Shown here: positions 1 through 9,150 of the stretch, piece after piece
Layout: each line of letters opens with the position of its first letter
Numbering within the stretch: the stretch's first letter is position 1
IMG/VR virus record: IMGVR_UViG_3300035689_000004
Span: 28,547 to 92,546 of that record
DNA length: 64,000 nucleotides
DNA from: a virus
Reading direction: 5' to 3' (one strand)
Translations under genes and position numbers: made by a program
Notes under the pieces: model-generated
Told to the model about the DNA's origin: nothing
The model's database searches: none
Seen by the model: only the letters and a program-made list of their open reading frames with translations

Positions 1-296
1 GCTTGTCGGTATTGAGAGCCATTAGCTTTCTCCTGATTGCGATATTTTTCAACCTGACTGAGCGTGTAGTCCAACGCCTCTTGATGGGAGTAACCCCAAC
101 CCATGCACTGCCCATAGCAAATCAGCGCTAAGACATCCTCTTGGTCCCACACCCGCCGGCGGCCAGGCTGACCAGGCTCATAGCCCAGTTTTGCCATCCA
201 CCGGGATAGCGTGGAAGTAGGAATACTTCCACGGCTCAAACCCTGCGCCAGCAAGGTTTTAAGCTCGGTGTAGGTGTAGGTAACGGTTACTTCCAT
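1..296 (-). CDS. Small HTH DNA-binding protein (MerR/excisionase-like), runs off the window edge
   Basis: Own translation from ATG 296: MEVTVTYTYTELKTLLAQGLSRGSIPTSTLSRWMAKLGYEPGQPGRRRVWDQEDV...; the STLSRW helix plus RRVW wing is MerR-like. Confidence 0.55.
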   Translation of the reverse strand, partial: MEVTVTYTYTELKTLLAQGLSRGSIPTSTLSRWMAKLGYEPGQPGRRRVWDQEDVLALICYGQCMGWGYSHQEALDYTLSQVEKYRNQEKANGSQYRQ

Positions 297-433
297 GGAA
301 CTTCGTGGAACTTCCACGCTCTAGGACTCCTGTACTGTAGTTCCGTTGTATTCTCCCTGTCAACCCCCTACTTAGGGGTTTAGTGGGGAGAAAGCGCTAA
401 AATAGGCGCACCACTTTGATGGAGTAAAATCAG

Positions 434-682
434 ATGGCCTTTACTGCAGAAGCGATGCCCACCAGCAAGCGCAAACTGGTAGAAATCAAAATCAACGTTC
501 CTGAGAACTTGCTGGAAAGAGCCCGACGGGTGTTTGAGGCGATCGGGATAACTGACGGCGATGGCCATCGCGACGCATGGATAGCAGGCGTTTATCACAT
601 GATAGAGTGCGAAAACAAAGCTTTAGTCAACGAAAAACTCCTCAATGATTCTGCAAAGACAACAGAATCAGAACATAATTGA
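434..682 (+). CDS. Hypothetical protein, possible ribbon-helix-helix
   Basis: VEIKINVPENLLERARR strand-helix pattern. Confidence 0.45.
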   Translation: MAFTAEAMPTSKRKLVEIKINVPENLLERARRVFEAIGITDGDGHRDAWIAGVYHMIECENKALVNEKLLNDSAKTTESEHN

Positions 683-1058
683 TCAGTACTTTTACTTACG
701 TCATATAACCATGGCCTTCCTACCACCGCCGTCAGCAACGGCGATCGCTAGCCTTATAGCAGAAAACATCAGCAGCCTTGCCCCTGCAGGTTGCGAAATC
801 AGTGTCCTGCCCCATCCTGTCTCTGGATACAGGGTACGGCTATGGGTTGCTAATCATACCGCTGGCGCCCACCTAGCCAGCAACCTGTTAGCGATCGTCG
901 GTATCCTAAAGAACATAATTCCCCTAACCTCTATTGAGATCAGGGGAGGCTTCGAGCTATTGGTAGATGACATAAGGCTAATTGAGCGCTTGTACCCTGA
1001 TGAAACGGAGCAAGTGGACGGGAGGCGCGATCGCGTCCTTCAAGCTAGCAAGCGCTAA
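645..1058 (+). CDS. Hypothetical protein (start may be ATG 710)
   Basis: ORF track; converges on 1055..1399. Confidence 0.45.
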   Translation: MILQRQQNQNIIDQYFYLRHITMAFLPPPSATAIASLIAENISSLAPAGCEISVLPHPVSGYRVRLWVANHTAGAHLASNLLAIVGILKNIIPLTSIEIRGGFELLVDDIRLIERLYPDETEQVDGRRDRVLQASKR

Positions 1059-1399
1059 CGCTTAGCTTCCTTTCTGATGGTGTGCCCGTAGGCGTCAAGT
1101 TCGCCCAACAGTACCCTCGCCAAATCATCTACCGTTGGGCGGATAGTGGACTCCAGAAATGTAAACTCTGGAATCCTGGATAGCGCCACGAGCACGATCC
1201 AGGCAGGCGTTTTTGCCAACCGTCCACCCCTGTAGATAATGTCTTTTGACAATGGGAAGCCGCTACGTTCACCAATCCACTTGGTGAAACCTTCCCAAGG
1301 CTCATTACTTCTCTTTGCTCTTAGCGCATCAATAAGCAGGGCAAAATTACGATTGCCCTCGCTAGTAACGTAACTCTTTCTCGAATTAGCCATTTTCAA
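1055..1399 (-). CDS. Putative phage repressor/regulator
   Basis: Small helical protein divergent from the early replication operon, with operator-like sites in the intergenic gap; function inferred from position. Confidence 0.4.
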   Translation of the reverse strand: MKMANSRKSYVTSEGNRNFALLIDALRAKRSNEPWEGFTKWIGERSGFPLSKDIIYRGGRLAKTPAWIVLVALSRIPEFTFLESTIRPTVDDLARVLLGELDAYGHTIRKEAKR

Positions 1400-1501
1400 C
1401 TACCTACAAGTAACACCCGGTCTATCGCAATTCTAAACCCCCATTGCAAAATTGTGAAACCTAGCACATTTGCACTACAATGGGGCGGAAGATTAGCGTA
1501 G

Positions 1502-1873
1502 GTGATGACGATGACCGCTGAGTACAGACGAATAGCGCTGCCCCGGCGTTATACCCGGGTGGTGATGGGCGCCGCCGCCCTCAGAAATATGAAGCCAATC
1601 AACTACCAGGAGAAAATCCTGGTGGCAGCGGCAAAGAAGGTGATTGAAGTGGGGGCAGACGGCAAGCCGTTTAAGCCAATTACCCGCAAGCCAGGCGAGC
1701 CTAACCTAGCCTTGATCTTTTCTAGGGAGGGCTATGATACGATCCGGACAGCAGCTCAGATTGAGGGGCTAAATCCGCCCCAGTTTGCCGTGAAATATCT
1801 ACTGCCCAAGGCGTTCAGGGACATAGAGGCTGGCTTTAAGGCCATTAAGGCCACCTACGACGGGGCAGCGTAA
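1502..1873 (+). CDS. Putative tandem ribbon-helix-helix regulator
   Basis: Two similar halves (RIALPRRYTRVVMGAAALRNMKP / ALIFSREGYDTIRTAAQIEGLNP). Confidence 0.4.
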   Translation: MMTMTAEYRRIALPRRYTRVVMGAAALRNMKPINYQEKILVAAAKKVIEVGADGKPFKPITRKPGEPNLALIFSREGYDTIRTAAQIEGLNPPQFAVKYLLPKAFRDIEAGFKAIKATYDGAA

Positions 1874-1875
1874 TG

Positions 1876-1910
1876 AAAAAGGCGATCGCATAACCGGCGA
1901 TCGCCTTTTT
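1876..1910. terminator. Bidirectional intrinsic terminator whose stem is two HIP1 sites
   Basis: AAAAAGGCGATCGC-ataaccg-GCGATCGCCTTTTT perfect 14-bp inverted repeat. Confidence 0.75.
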
Positions 1911-1990
1911 GTTGTTTATTGCCAATAGACACCAGTTTGGCCCACGAAAGTAACACCTACGAAAGTATTACCAATGGAGGTAATTTTACC

Positions 1991-3241
1991 ATGAAATGGT
2001 TTGCTCATGACACAGATATGCACCGTAATCGCAAAATCCGTAAGCTTTTCCGCGTTCACGGAGGGGTTGCTTATGGCTTCTGGTGCGTGCTGCTAGAAAA
2101 GCTCTATGCCGCAGAAGGCGATTTTCAGATACCCGTCGATCATCTTTGGCTGGAGGACATCGCGGATGACATGAAAATGTCTGACTATCGAACCCCCTGC
2201 CGCATCCTTGACACTATGGCAGAAATAGGACTTATAGATCGTCAGTTGTGGGAAGAGCATATTATCTACAGCCCAGCGATCGCCAAAAGAGGCGACGGAT
2301 ATATGGTTAAACGCGCTCAGGAAGCAGAGAAAAAACGGCGCTACCGAGAAAAGCAACGGGAATTACTGACTACTGCTACAGAAGCATTGTCCACGGTGGA
2401 CACCACAGGGACAGTAGGACAGAAGTTTATAATGTCCCCTGCAGATCCAGATCCAGATCCAGATCCAGATCCAGAGATCGATAAAAACTTATTAGAAAGC
2501 TATATAGAGTGTCCGGACATCGAACCGCTTTGTAGCGCTGACGCGCTACCCGATCGCGACTCCATCTCAAAAATCAAAGAACCCGAATTATCCGAACCGG
2601 CTAAACAGGAAGCAGCCGATACCGTTACCCCTCTGGATAGCCAAGCAGAAAAACCTGGGGCTCAACCAAAACCCCGGACAAGAAAAAAATCTACCGCCGG
2701 CGGCAAAACCAAAACCGAAGCCCAACACTATCCAGAAGCTTTCGCAAAATTCTGGAATGACTACCGCAATCACCTGAAGGCGATTGAAAGCAACGTCTGG
2801 GTTACCCAGAAGCGCCCAGAAGCAATTAAGGTATGGGACAGCCTGGTAGCCTCTGGAGTGCCTTTAGAGACGATTCTAGAGGGCGCTCAGGCATGGTTTG
2901 AACTTACCCTGCGAATGATGAAAGCCAAAGGCAAGGTTTACGGTGCTCCCCATTGCTGTCGGTTCTTGTCTGGCCGGTTATGGGAGAGTGCCTTGGACGA
3001 CAAGCGATCGCAGCCTACCGCTGCCCTTCAGTCATCCGCCCGTCCCCAGGCAAAACGCGACGGGCAGGTAGAGATTACGGGGCTGCTGATGGAGCTACGG
3101 CGGACGGTGCTATTGCCGGAGGACTGGCAAACCCGTACTGGCAAACAGCTATCAACCCAGCTAGGGCCGGAGGACTCCGCTGACTATGCCGCATTCTTAA
3201 GACAAGAACGCGATCGCCTGATGAGCGGCGCTATTTTTTAG
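1991..3241 (+). CDS. Phage replication initiator / replisome organiser (Lin1244/DUF4373-like N-terminus)
   Basis: MKWFAHDTDMHRNRKIRKL...YGFWCVLLE N-terminal pattern, central low-complexity linker, C-terminal FAKFWNDY helix; GGAGG before ATG 1991. Confidence 0.7.
   Translation: MKWFAHDTDMHRNRKIRKLFRVHGGVAYGFWCVLLEKLYAAEGDFQIPVDHLWLEDIADDMKMSDYRTPCRILDTMAEIGLIDRQLWEEHIIYSPAIAKRGDGYMVKRAQEAEKKRRYREKQRELLTTATEALSTVDTTGTVGQKFIMSPADPDPDPDPDPEIDKNLLESYIECPDIEPLCSADALPDRDSISKIKEPELSEPAKQEAADTVTPLDSQAEKPGAQPKPRTRKKSTAGGKTKTEAQHYPEAFAKFWNDYRNHLKAIESNVWVTQKRPEAIKVWDSLVASGVPLETILEGAQAWFELTLRMMKAKGKVYGAPHCCRFLSGRLWESALDDKRSQPTAALQSSARPQAKRDGQVEITGLLMELRRTVLLPEDWQTRTGKQLSTQLGPEDSADYAAFLRQERDRLMSGAIF
2444..2473 (+). 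repeat. (GATCCA)x5 in-frame hexamer repeat encoding DPDPDPDPDP
   Basis: Read directly. Confidence 0.9.
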
Positions 3242-3306
3242 CCTAGCTGTTGCATATTTGCTCTAAGCGATGCTAGTGTAAATAAACATCTAGTACGGGG
3301 GAACCA

Positions 3307-3807
3307 ATGGATGATCAGCTAACCATGGAAGGGCTAGAATCCCTGATGGGTGAAATGCAAACTTGGCATGGCAACAAGTTCCGGCTTGATGACGATGCCA
3401 TGGAGCGATTGTTTGATTATTGCCACCAATGCTCATTGGATGAGCTTATTAAGCTATTTGGCAAGGCTTATGCTGAGTCATTTTTGACCCCAGCTCAACT
3501 GCTGGGCAGCGTTAAGCAACTGGTGCGCCAGGAGTTGGAGCGTAAGGCTTCAGCGGTGCCTAGTGGCTACAAGCGATACGCCGATATGAGCGATCGCGAG
3601 AAAGACGCTTACATCGCAGCTCAGCAACTAGCCAAGCAAAAGTTAAAAGCGAATTTGGCCCAACTTCACCGGAAAGGCAAACTGCCCACTACCCGGGTGG
3701 GAGGGTTTTCTAGCGTAGGCGACGTTATGGTGCCAGCCATGTTAGGACAGGCGTTAGATGAGGCTGCCTTTAGCGATCGCCTGGAGGCTGCCAGTGGACT
3801 GCATTGA
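3307..3807 (+). CDS. Hypothetical protein (position of a helicase-loader-like gene)
   Basis: Follows the initiator; no clear motif. Confidence 0.45.
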   Translation: MDDQLTMEGLESLMGEMQTWHGNKFRLDDDAMERLFDYCHQCSLDELIKLFGKAYAESFLTPAQLLGSVKQLVRQELERKASAVPSGYKRYADMSDREKDAYIAAQQLAKQKLKANLAQLHRKGKLPTTRVGGFSSVGDVMVPAMLGQALDEAAFSDRLEAASGLH

Positions 3808-4060
3808 CGTTTTTTTGGCGAGAATCCAGTGCAATTTTAATATGGCACTGGAGTTGTTTAATCAAGACCGCGCCAAGGTCGAAGATTACATCTACAAGGT
3901 GGCCATTCGCTCGATTGTCCTTGAGGACGGCGTGAGCGAAGACGAGGCTATCCAACGCCTGCAGGGTACATCCCCCATGCGTCAGTTGTCGCTGATGTCC
4001 TACGAGGCATTAGAGGCATTAGACGCCAAGTTTCAATCCGTTGTGGAGAGTTTTTTATGA
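3758..4060 (+). CDS. Hypothetical protein
   Basis: ORF coupled to the next gene (ATGA overlap). Confidence 0.5.
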   Translation: MRLPLAIAWRLPVDCIDVFLARIQCNFNMALELFNQDRAKVEDYIYKVAIRSIVLEDGVSEDEAIQRLQGTSPMRQLSLMSYEALEALDAKFQSVVESFL

Positions 4061-4578
4061 TTACCCTTACACCAGAAAAGCTGGCCCAAGTGGCCACCCA
4101 CCGCGCCTTCAAAGGCGTACCTGATGATTGCATTGAGGCGATCGCTGCCCTGGCCGCACAGGAAGTGCAGGCTGCTCAACGTGCACTGACTAAAACCCTG
4201 GTGCAGAAAATTCTGGCTGACAGCGAGGCTGGGTATATTTATGCCAAAATTCAAGACAAGTATGCTGATTATGGCTACTTTGGCTATTTCGCCCCCTTGG
4301 GACGTAAATCAGCAGCCTACCGGTTCAAATTCGAGTGTACCGGCTATACCCGCTTATTCCGCTCCCTAGCAGAGGCTGATGAGTACTTTGTCAATACCCT
4401 CAGCCGTCAACCGATGGCGGTTGGTAGGGGCTGCCCTACTTGCGTCTATGGCGGCCATGGCGATGTTGAGGGACGGTTCTGTGCTGCCCAGCGGTGCACG
4501 GTGCCCTACCGTCAGCTATGGCAAGCTCACTTGTCTTGCAACGGCTACAAGCCTATTCATGCTGAGGTGACGGCATGA
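4057..4578 (+). CDS. Hypothetical protein with C-terminal Cys cluster
   Basis: CPTC...C...C...C; ATGA overlaps on both sides. Confidence 0.6.
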   Translation: MITLTPEKLAQVATHRAFKGVPDDCIEAIAALAAQEVQAAQRALTKTLVQKILADSEAGYIYAKIQDKYADYGYFGYFAPLGRKSAAYRFKFECTGYTRLFRSLAEADEYFVNTLSRQPMAVGRGCPTCVYGGHGDVEGRFCAAQRCTVPYRQLWQAHLSCNGYKPIHAEVTA

Positions 4579-4799
4579 ATGAACCAGTTGTTTCTATGGT
4601 GGCAGACGTTAAGCCACCGGTTGCCGCTGCGATCGCGGCTTACCTCGATAGCCACCGGGAATGGGACTGCGATCGCATCGTCAATGCCGCCCTCGCTATG
4701 TTTTTGCTGCAGGGTGGCAACTCGGGTGATCCTGAGTTGGCCCGGGTGTATCTGGAGGCTCAGTTTGGCGATGTGTTTCAAGCGGAGGAGCAGTCATGA
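4575..4799 (+). CDS. DUF2811-like cyanobacterial small protein
   Basis: YLDSHREWDCDRIVNAALAMFLLQ matches the recalled family pattern (L.sHP.WDQ.R...AAL..FLLQ). Confidence 0.65.
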   Translation: MNEPVVSMVADVKPPVAAAIAAYLDSHREWDCDRIVNAALAMFLLQGGNSGDPELARVYLEAQFGDVFQAEEQS

Positions 4800-4963
4800 G
4801 TCCCCAGGTGAAAGAAAGCCTTAATTTAGCGATCGCGTTAACCAAGCAAGAGAAGCAAGTTGCCTATCAACTTGCCAAGGCGGTGCTGAAAATGCCAGAT
4901 GCACCTCCTAAGGTGCGACAACTGGCGGAAAAGTTGCTGAAGCCATTGCAGGATGCGGCGTAG
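4796..4963 (+). CDS. 55-aa hypothetical protein (not in ORF track)
   Basis: ATGA overlap, GGAGGAG RBS; MSPQVKESLNLAIALTKQEKQVAYQLAKAVLK... Confidence 0.55.
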   Translation: MSPQVKESLNLAIALTKQEKQVAYQLAKAVLKMPDAPPKVRQLAEKLLKPLQDAA

Positions 4964-5003
4964 CAAAACTTTCCCGCTAACACTGAACGCCATGGGACGG
5001 TTC

Positions 5004-6323
5004 CTATGGCGTTCTTTGCATTTTTAGCCGCACCTCTACCACTTCATTCCCCTGCAAGATCACCCGCTCCACCAATTCCGCGTAGATTTCCCGACGCCTT
5101 ACCACCGGCAATAGGTTTAGGTCCGCCTGCGCGATCGCCATTGTCTTTTCCCGTAACTCTTGCTGGTTGGCGCTGGTATGGCTTTCCATCCCTGCCAGGT
5201 TTTGTAGTTCCGCCTCGATGGCAGCAATTTCTTCAGCGATCGCCGCCCGGTGGGCCAAAGGTCGAAGTGCCTCTAGTTCTCGCTCCAATGCGATCGCCTG
5301 CGGGTTTGCCGTTGATGGCTGTAGCATATCCGCCGCGATCGCCTCAGCCGCTTCTGCCAATGCCTCCTGCATGGCTGCTTCAACTACCTCTTGACGGCAG
5401 GAAAGGGTATAGGCGCATTCCCGGTTGCGATAGTCATAGCGGGCGGCACAGGCAAAGTACCGATGGCCTTTCGAGACAGTGCTGCGGCATCGGGTGCCAC
5501 AAACACAGGACACAATCGGCGGCACCGGGTAGATGCGCCCCTGATTATGGCCGCGCAGTTGTCGGTTGAGCCCAATTAGGTAATCAATCCGCTTGTACTC
5601 CTCTTCGGTGATAAGCGCTTGGTGGGTGTTGTAGCGCCATTCATCGGTGCTGGCATAGTGCAAATGCCCACGCAAGGCAGCACTACGCAGCCACCACCGC
5701 CAGCCCGCCCGGGACTTATAAAACCCGTGCTCCTGTTCCATGTAGACCGATAACCCCGCTACATTGCCGTGCTGCATGTAGTGTTCTACCGCCGCCCTTG
5801 CCTTTGCCCACTCTGGCCCTGGCTCATAGCGGCTACCGTCCGGCGATCTCTGGTAGCCAAAGGGAGGTGGGCCACACATGGGGCGTCCCTGTCGCCTCAT
5901 CTGGGCATAGGCGCGCTGGATACGTTCGCCTAGTTCTACTGAGTAATAATGCGCCATCAGTGATTTAACGCCGGTGGTGAGCAACCCTGAGGCGGTCTGG
6001 AGGGTGATCTCCTGTCCAGTGGTTAGCTCCTTCACCTGCACGCCCGCCGCTTCCAATTGGGCTAGGCTCTCCATCGAATAAACCGTATCCCGTGCCCATC
6101 GGGTCCACTCGATGACCCATACTGTAACTTGATGACGTTGACCACGGAGGTCTAATGCTCGTTCCACCATGCGCAAAAATTCAGGGCGATCGCGCCTACG
6201 CCCCGACAAATTTTCAGCAAACAGTTCATCGAACTCAAGCTGTTGCTGGAATTGCTGCATCTGTAATTCCAGGCTTTGCTCTTCAGTCGATACCCGCCCG
6301 TAGCAAAGTTGATAGTGTGCCAT
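5004..6323 (-). CDS. Large serine recombinase / integrase (XisF-like)
   Basis: YGRVSTEEQ catalytic Ser motif, RPEF, PPFGY recombinase domain, CVCG...YFAC...C zinc ribbon, coiled coil. Confidence 0.92.
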   Translation of the reverse strand: MAHYQLCYGRVSTEEQSLELQMQQFQQQLEFDELFAENLSGRRRDRPEFLRMVERALDLRGQRHQVTVWVIEWTRWARDTVYSMESLAQLEAAGVQVKELTTGQEITLQTASGLLTTGVKSLMAHYYSVELGERIQRAYAQMRRQGRPMCGPPPFGYQRSPDGSRYEPGPEWAKARAAVEHYMQHGNVAGLSVYMEQEHGFYKSRAGWRWWLRSAALRGHLHYASTDEWRYNTHQALITEEEYKRIDYLIGLNRQLRGHNQGRIYPVPPIVSCVCGTRCRSTVSKGHRYFACAARYDYRNRECAYTLSCRQEVVEAAMQEALAEAAEAIAADMLQPSTANPQAIALERELEALRPLAHRAAIAEEIAAIEAELQNLAGMESHTSANQQELREKTMAIAQADLNLLPVVRRREIYAELVERVILQGNEVVEVRLKMQRTP

Positions 6324-6471
6324 GGTCAATCCCCTCTCCAATTTCAGCGTACTACGCCGCCTCTAAAGGGAGGTGCCATGGTGAGAGCTGCTCAGAGTTC
6401 TAGCTATGGCACAACTAGCCTAAATTAAAGTGTTATCGTAAGATATACACAAATCGAACCCAGGAGGCAGT

Positions 6472-6696
6472 ATGGCTTGGCGTCCCCAGGCTTGCTTGGA
6501 CAATTTGACACCCAAGCAGCCCTTTTACGAAGAACACAAGAAACGGGGTCAGCTTAGCCTTACCCCAACCGCGTGGGCTATCCTCAGCACCTTAGCAAAA
6601 AAAGCAGGCTTATCTCGCTCTGAATTTATAGAGCGGCTTGCTAGGGCTGAATTAAGCCTTGTCGATGGTGAAGTTATTCAAAAAACTCCTTCATAA
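6472..6696 (+). CDS. CopG/ribbon-helix-helix protein
   Basis: KKRGQLSLTPTAWAILSTLAKKAGLSRSEFIERLAR; AGGAGG RBS. Confidence 0.75.
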   Translation: MAWRPQACLDNLTPKQPFYEEHKKRGQLSLTPTAWAILSTLAKKAGLSRSEFIERLARAELSLVDGEVIQKTPS

Positions 6697-8581
6697 TTTC
6701 GCTTTGGGTCTTGCTGTAATCAGACCCGAGCTCTATTGGCCCTGTGGGCTCCTCTAAGCCCTCTTCTATCACCTCTGGCTCTGGTAGGCTATAGAACTCA
6801 CCCGAGGCCGCTGACAACTTGCACAGTGCCCCCACAACCGATGCAACCGCGTCAGCAATGTCTTTGTGGCTATCGACATCACTGCCTAGGGCAGTACGCG
6901 GGGCATCAATCCGCCCGGTTGATAGCCTTACCAATTTCCTTAGCTCCCCGAACAATATCGGGTCGATGCGGTAAACCAACTGCCGGGCATAAATCAACGC
7001 CTTTAGTTCATCGTAATAGCCTGGGTTGCGGTCCACCGAGAAATTCTGGCTGCTAACCCCATAGTGGTATAGCAGCTGTCGAGCCGTAGCGCTATTGAAT
7101 TGGTCAAACGTCACCCGCGCGATCGCAAACCCTAGTCGCTTACTCAGCAGTAGCACAAACTCCACCGGTGTTTGCAGGTCAATTTCCGCCTGGCGGATGT
7201 CCACAGTTGTGGAATCGCCGCCCTCCCAGTTCATCCGCTGCAACTGGCCGCGCCCGGTGAAATGCGCTGCCTTCCAGCGAAAGGATAGGTCCAGTACCGG
7301 TATCAGTCGGTCTGCGCGATCGCCCACCGGCTCCAGGTGGGCCATGGCAAACCCAGCACTATCGCCCGATAGCCCCAGGTCGATGTGGATATAGTACTCA
7401 CGCTCTGGTTTACCCTTGAACCAGTTGGCTAACATCGGAAAGCCATAGCTATCCAGTACCACGTCGCCAAATAGGTCGCGCTCTAGGATGGGGTCAGGAC
7501 TGCGATCGCTACCCGTCACGCCATAGCGCTTGAGCAGGTCAGCCGTCCCACCACTGGCATGACGGACAATTAGTTCAGGCGATCTAAAGTAGGCTTCGGT
7601 CGCCGCCCGGGGTTGGGCTGCTAGCTTAGCCGCCGATCCTTCTGGGTCCCTGATAAATTCAGTCTCAAAGTCTTTGTATTCCAGGTGGGGCACGACTTCC
7701 CAGGTAGGACGACGTACCACAAATAATTCAGGAAACCGCCCCTCCTGGTGGGCTTCAATGAGCTGTTCCTGCGGGTCCGATACACTACGCGGGAAGCTGG
7801 TTAAAAAGCCCTTCCATGCCTTCCTAAAGCGGGTCCGGCAGGAGGTGACAAAGGTATTGAACAATGCCTCCGCTGTGGCCCCCTGGGCTTCTGACTCTAG
7901 CCCTGCAAACTCGCTAATCACGAATGCCAGCAGGTTAAACCCTTCTGCGCTACTGCTAATCAGCGGTAGGTTGTGGATGCGGATATTGTGCGGTAGCTCA
8001 ATATAATCCGCCGCGTCGGTGGCTTTTTTGATATAGCGGTCAACGTCTGCGATCGCAAACTCGGGCCGCGCTAGGTGGCTTTTTAGCCAGGTGCAGGTGC
8101 GCAATCGGTTCTTTAGCTTAGTGAACGTCACCCGCCGCGTCTGGCGCAGGGTAGGTGAAGCTAGAGCAATATCAATGGGTTCCTGGGGGGCAAGCTCTAG
8201 AAAGTCTTGGGGGTCTCTCAGGCACAGCAGCACATGGGCAAACCACACAAGGCAGACGGAGGCTAGGGTATCCTTGCCCGCTCCCTTGCCGTAGCATAGG
8301 ATGCCACAATTGTAAAGGGTTGGCGGATTTTGAGTAAACAATGCCTTAGCATCCGCCGCTGTGGTGCCTAGAAACTGGCTTAGGTCCTGCTGTTGAATAT
8401 CCCAGGGGGTAACGTCCAGGTAGGCGCGGCAGAACTCACCCAAGGGTAAGGGGTCCTCTAGCCAGGGGGAGTCACCCGCCGTTGGTTCCTGGCCCTGGCT
8501 CATTAGCTCCAATAGCGCGATCGCGTTACCCTGCTTTCTCTGCATGGCGTTGTAGGATGCGGTGGAAGGTTTGTGCGTCAA
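6674..8581 (-). CDS. Terminase large subunit
   Basis: GKGAGKD Walker A, LTSFP motif III, RNase H-like nuclease HIDLGLSGDSAGFAM...VTFDQFNS...KDIADAVA. Confidence 0.88.
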   Translation of the reverse strand: MTHKPSTASYNAMQRKQGNAIALLELMSQGQEPTAGDSPWLEDPLPLGEFCRAYLDVTPWDIQQQDLSQFLGTTAADAKALFTQNPPTLYNCGILCYGKGAGKDTLASVCLVWFAHVLLCLRDPQDFLELAPQEPIDIALASPTLRQTRRVTFTKLKNRLRTCTWLKSHLARPEFAIADVDRYIKKATDAADYIELPHNIRIHNLPLISSSAEGFNLLAFVISEFAGLESEAQGATAEALFNTFVTSCRTRFRKAWKGFLTSFPRSVSDPQEQLIEAHQEGRFPELFVVRRPTWEVVPHLEYKDFETEFIRDPEGSAAKLAAQPRAATEAYFRSPELIVRHASGGTADLLKRYGVTGSDRSPDPILERDLFGDVVLDSYGFPMLANWFKGKPEREYYIHIDLGLSGDSAGFAMAHLEPVGDRADRLIPVLDLSFRWKAAHFTGRGQLQRMNWEGGDSTTVDIRQAEIDLQTPVEFVLLLSKRLGFAIARVTFDQFNSATARQLLYHYGVSSQNFSVDRNPGYYDELKALIYARQLVYRIDPILFGELRKLVRLSTGRIDAPRTALGSDVDSHKDIADAVASVVGALCKLSAASGEFYSLPEPEVIEEGLEEPTGPIELGSDYSKTQSEIMKEFFE

Positions 8582-8981
8582 AGTCTGGCCGGTTTAGTAG
8601 CGCGATCGTCGCCTCCTCCAGCGTGGTCGGGTTCATCTCCCGGTATAGCTGCAGATACCTAGCCAGCGCCGTAGCGACGCCCTCCAATGACTTGGCCTCC
8701 GTCTCATTGACCGCACCCGCCAGAGTCTTGATGGTGCGGGTCATATAGTCATTAACGTCGAGCCCGTCGATGGTGACTTTTGCCCCCGCCGCGATCGCGT
8801 CAGCGACCACCTGATTAGTGCTGCGGGTTGGGGTCCGGCTCAGCTTGCCCTCCTTGACTACCCGCTTAACGGTGCCGGTGGAGACGCCACAAATCTGGGC
8901 AATATCCTCAATGGTATTACCGGACTCAGCATAAAGCTTTTTAATTCGGGCTTGGATCAACTCTGGAGTCTTAGCAGGCAT
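8526..8981 (-). CDS. Terminase small subunit (putative, N-terminal HTH)
   Basis: TIEDIAQICGVSTGTVKRVV HTH, directly upstream of and overlapping TerL. Confidence 0.7.
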   Translation of the reverse strand: MPAKTPELIQARIKKLYAESGNTIEDIAQICGVSTGTVKRVVKEGKLSRTPTRSTNQVVADAIAAGAKVTIDGLDVNDYMTRTIKTLAGAVNETEAKSLEGVATALARYLQLYREMNPTTLEEATIALLNRPDFDAQTFHRILQRHAEKAG

Positions 8982-8999
8982 AGGCTTGTAGCGTTTGGA

Positions 9000-9050
9000 G
9001 ATCTACCGTAGATCCTTAGATCAACTATAGTTGATCCTCCCCGCGATCGC
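9000..9050. repeat. GATC-rich palindrome cluster upstream of terS (candidate packaging or regulatory site)
   Basis: GATCTAC-C-GTAGATC (9000-9014), perfect 18-bp GATCAACTATAGTTGATC (9019-9036), HIP1 (9043-9050). Confidence 0.6.
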
Positions 9051-9080
9051 GCCAATACCCAACCCCATTGTAAAATTGCT

Positions 9081-9120
9081 ATCAATAAGTGTTGACAATG
9101 CGATAGAGGGTTGATAGAGT
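9081..9120 (+). promoter_or_regulatory. Sigma-70 promoter with overlapping operator (family A)
   Basis: TTGACA 9092-97, 17 bp, TAGAGT; flanked by ATCAAT-N12-TGCGAT. Confidence 0.65.
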
Positions 9121-9150
9121 GTAAATGTACACGACAGAGAGGACCGATCA

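Noticed and set aside
2444-2473. (GATCCA)5 as replication iterons or a phase-variation tract
   Set aside because: An in-frame hexamer encoding a DP linker; length change would not shift frame, and the units are too short for typical iterons
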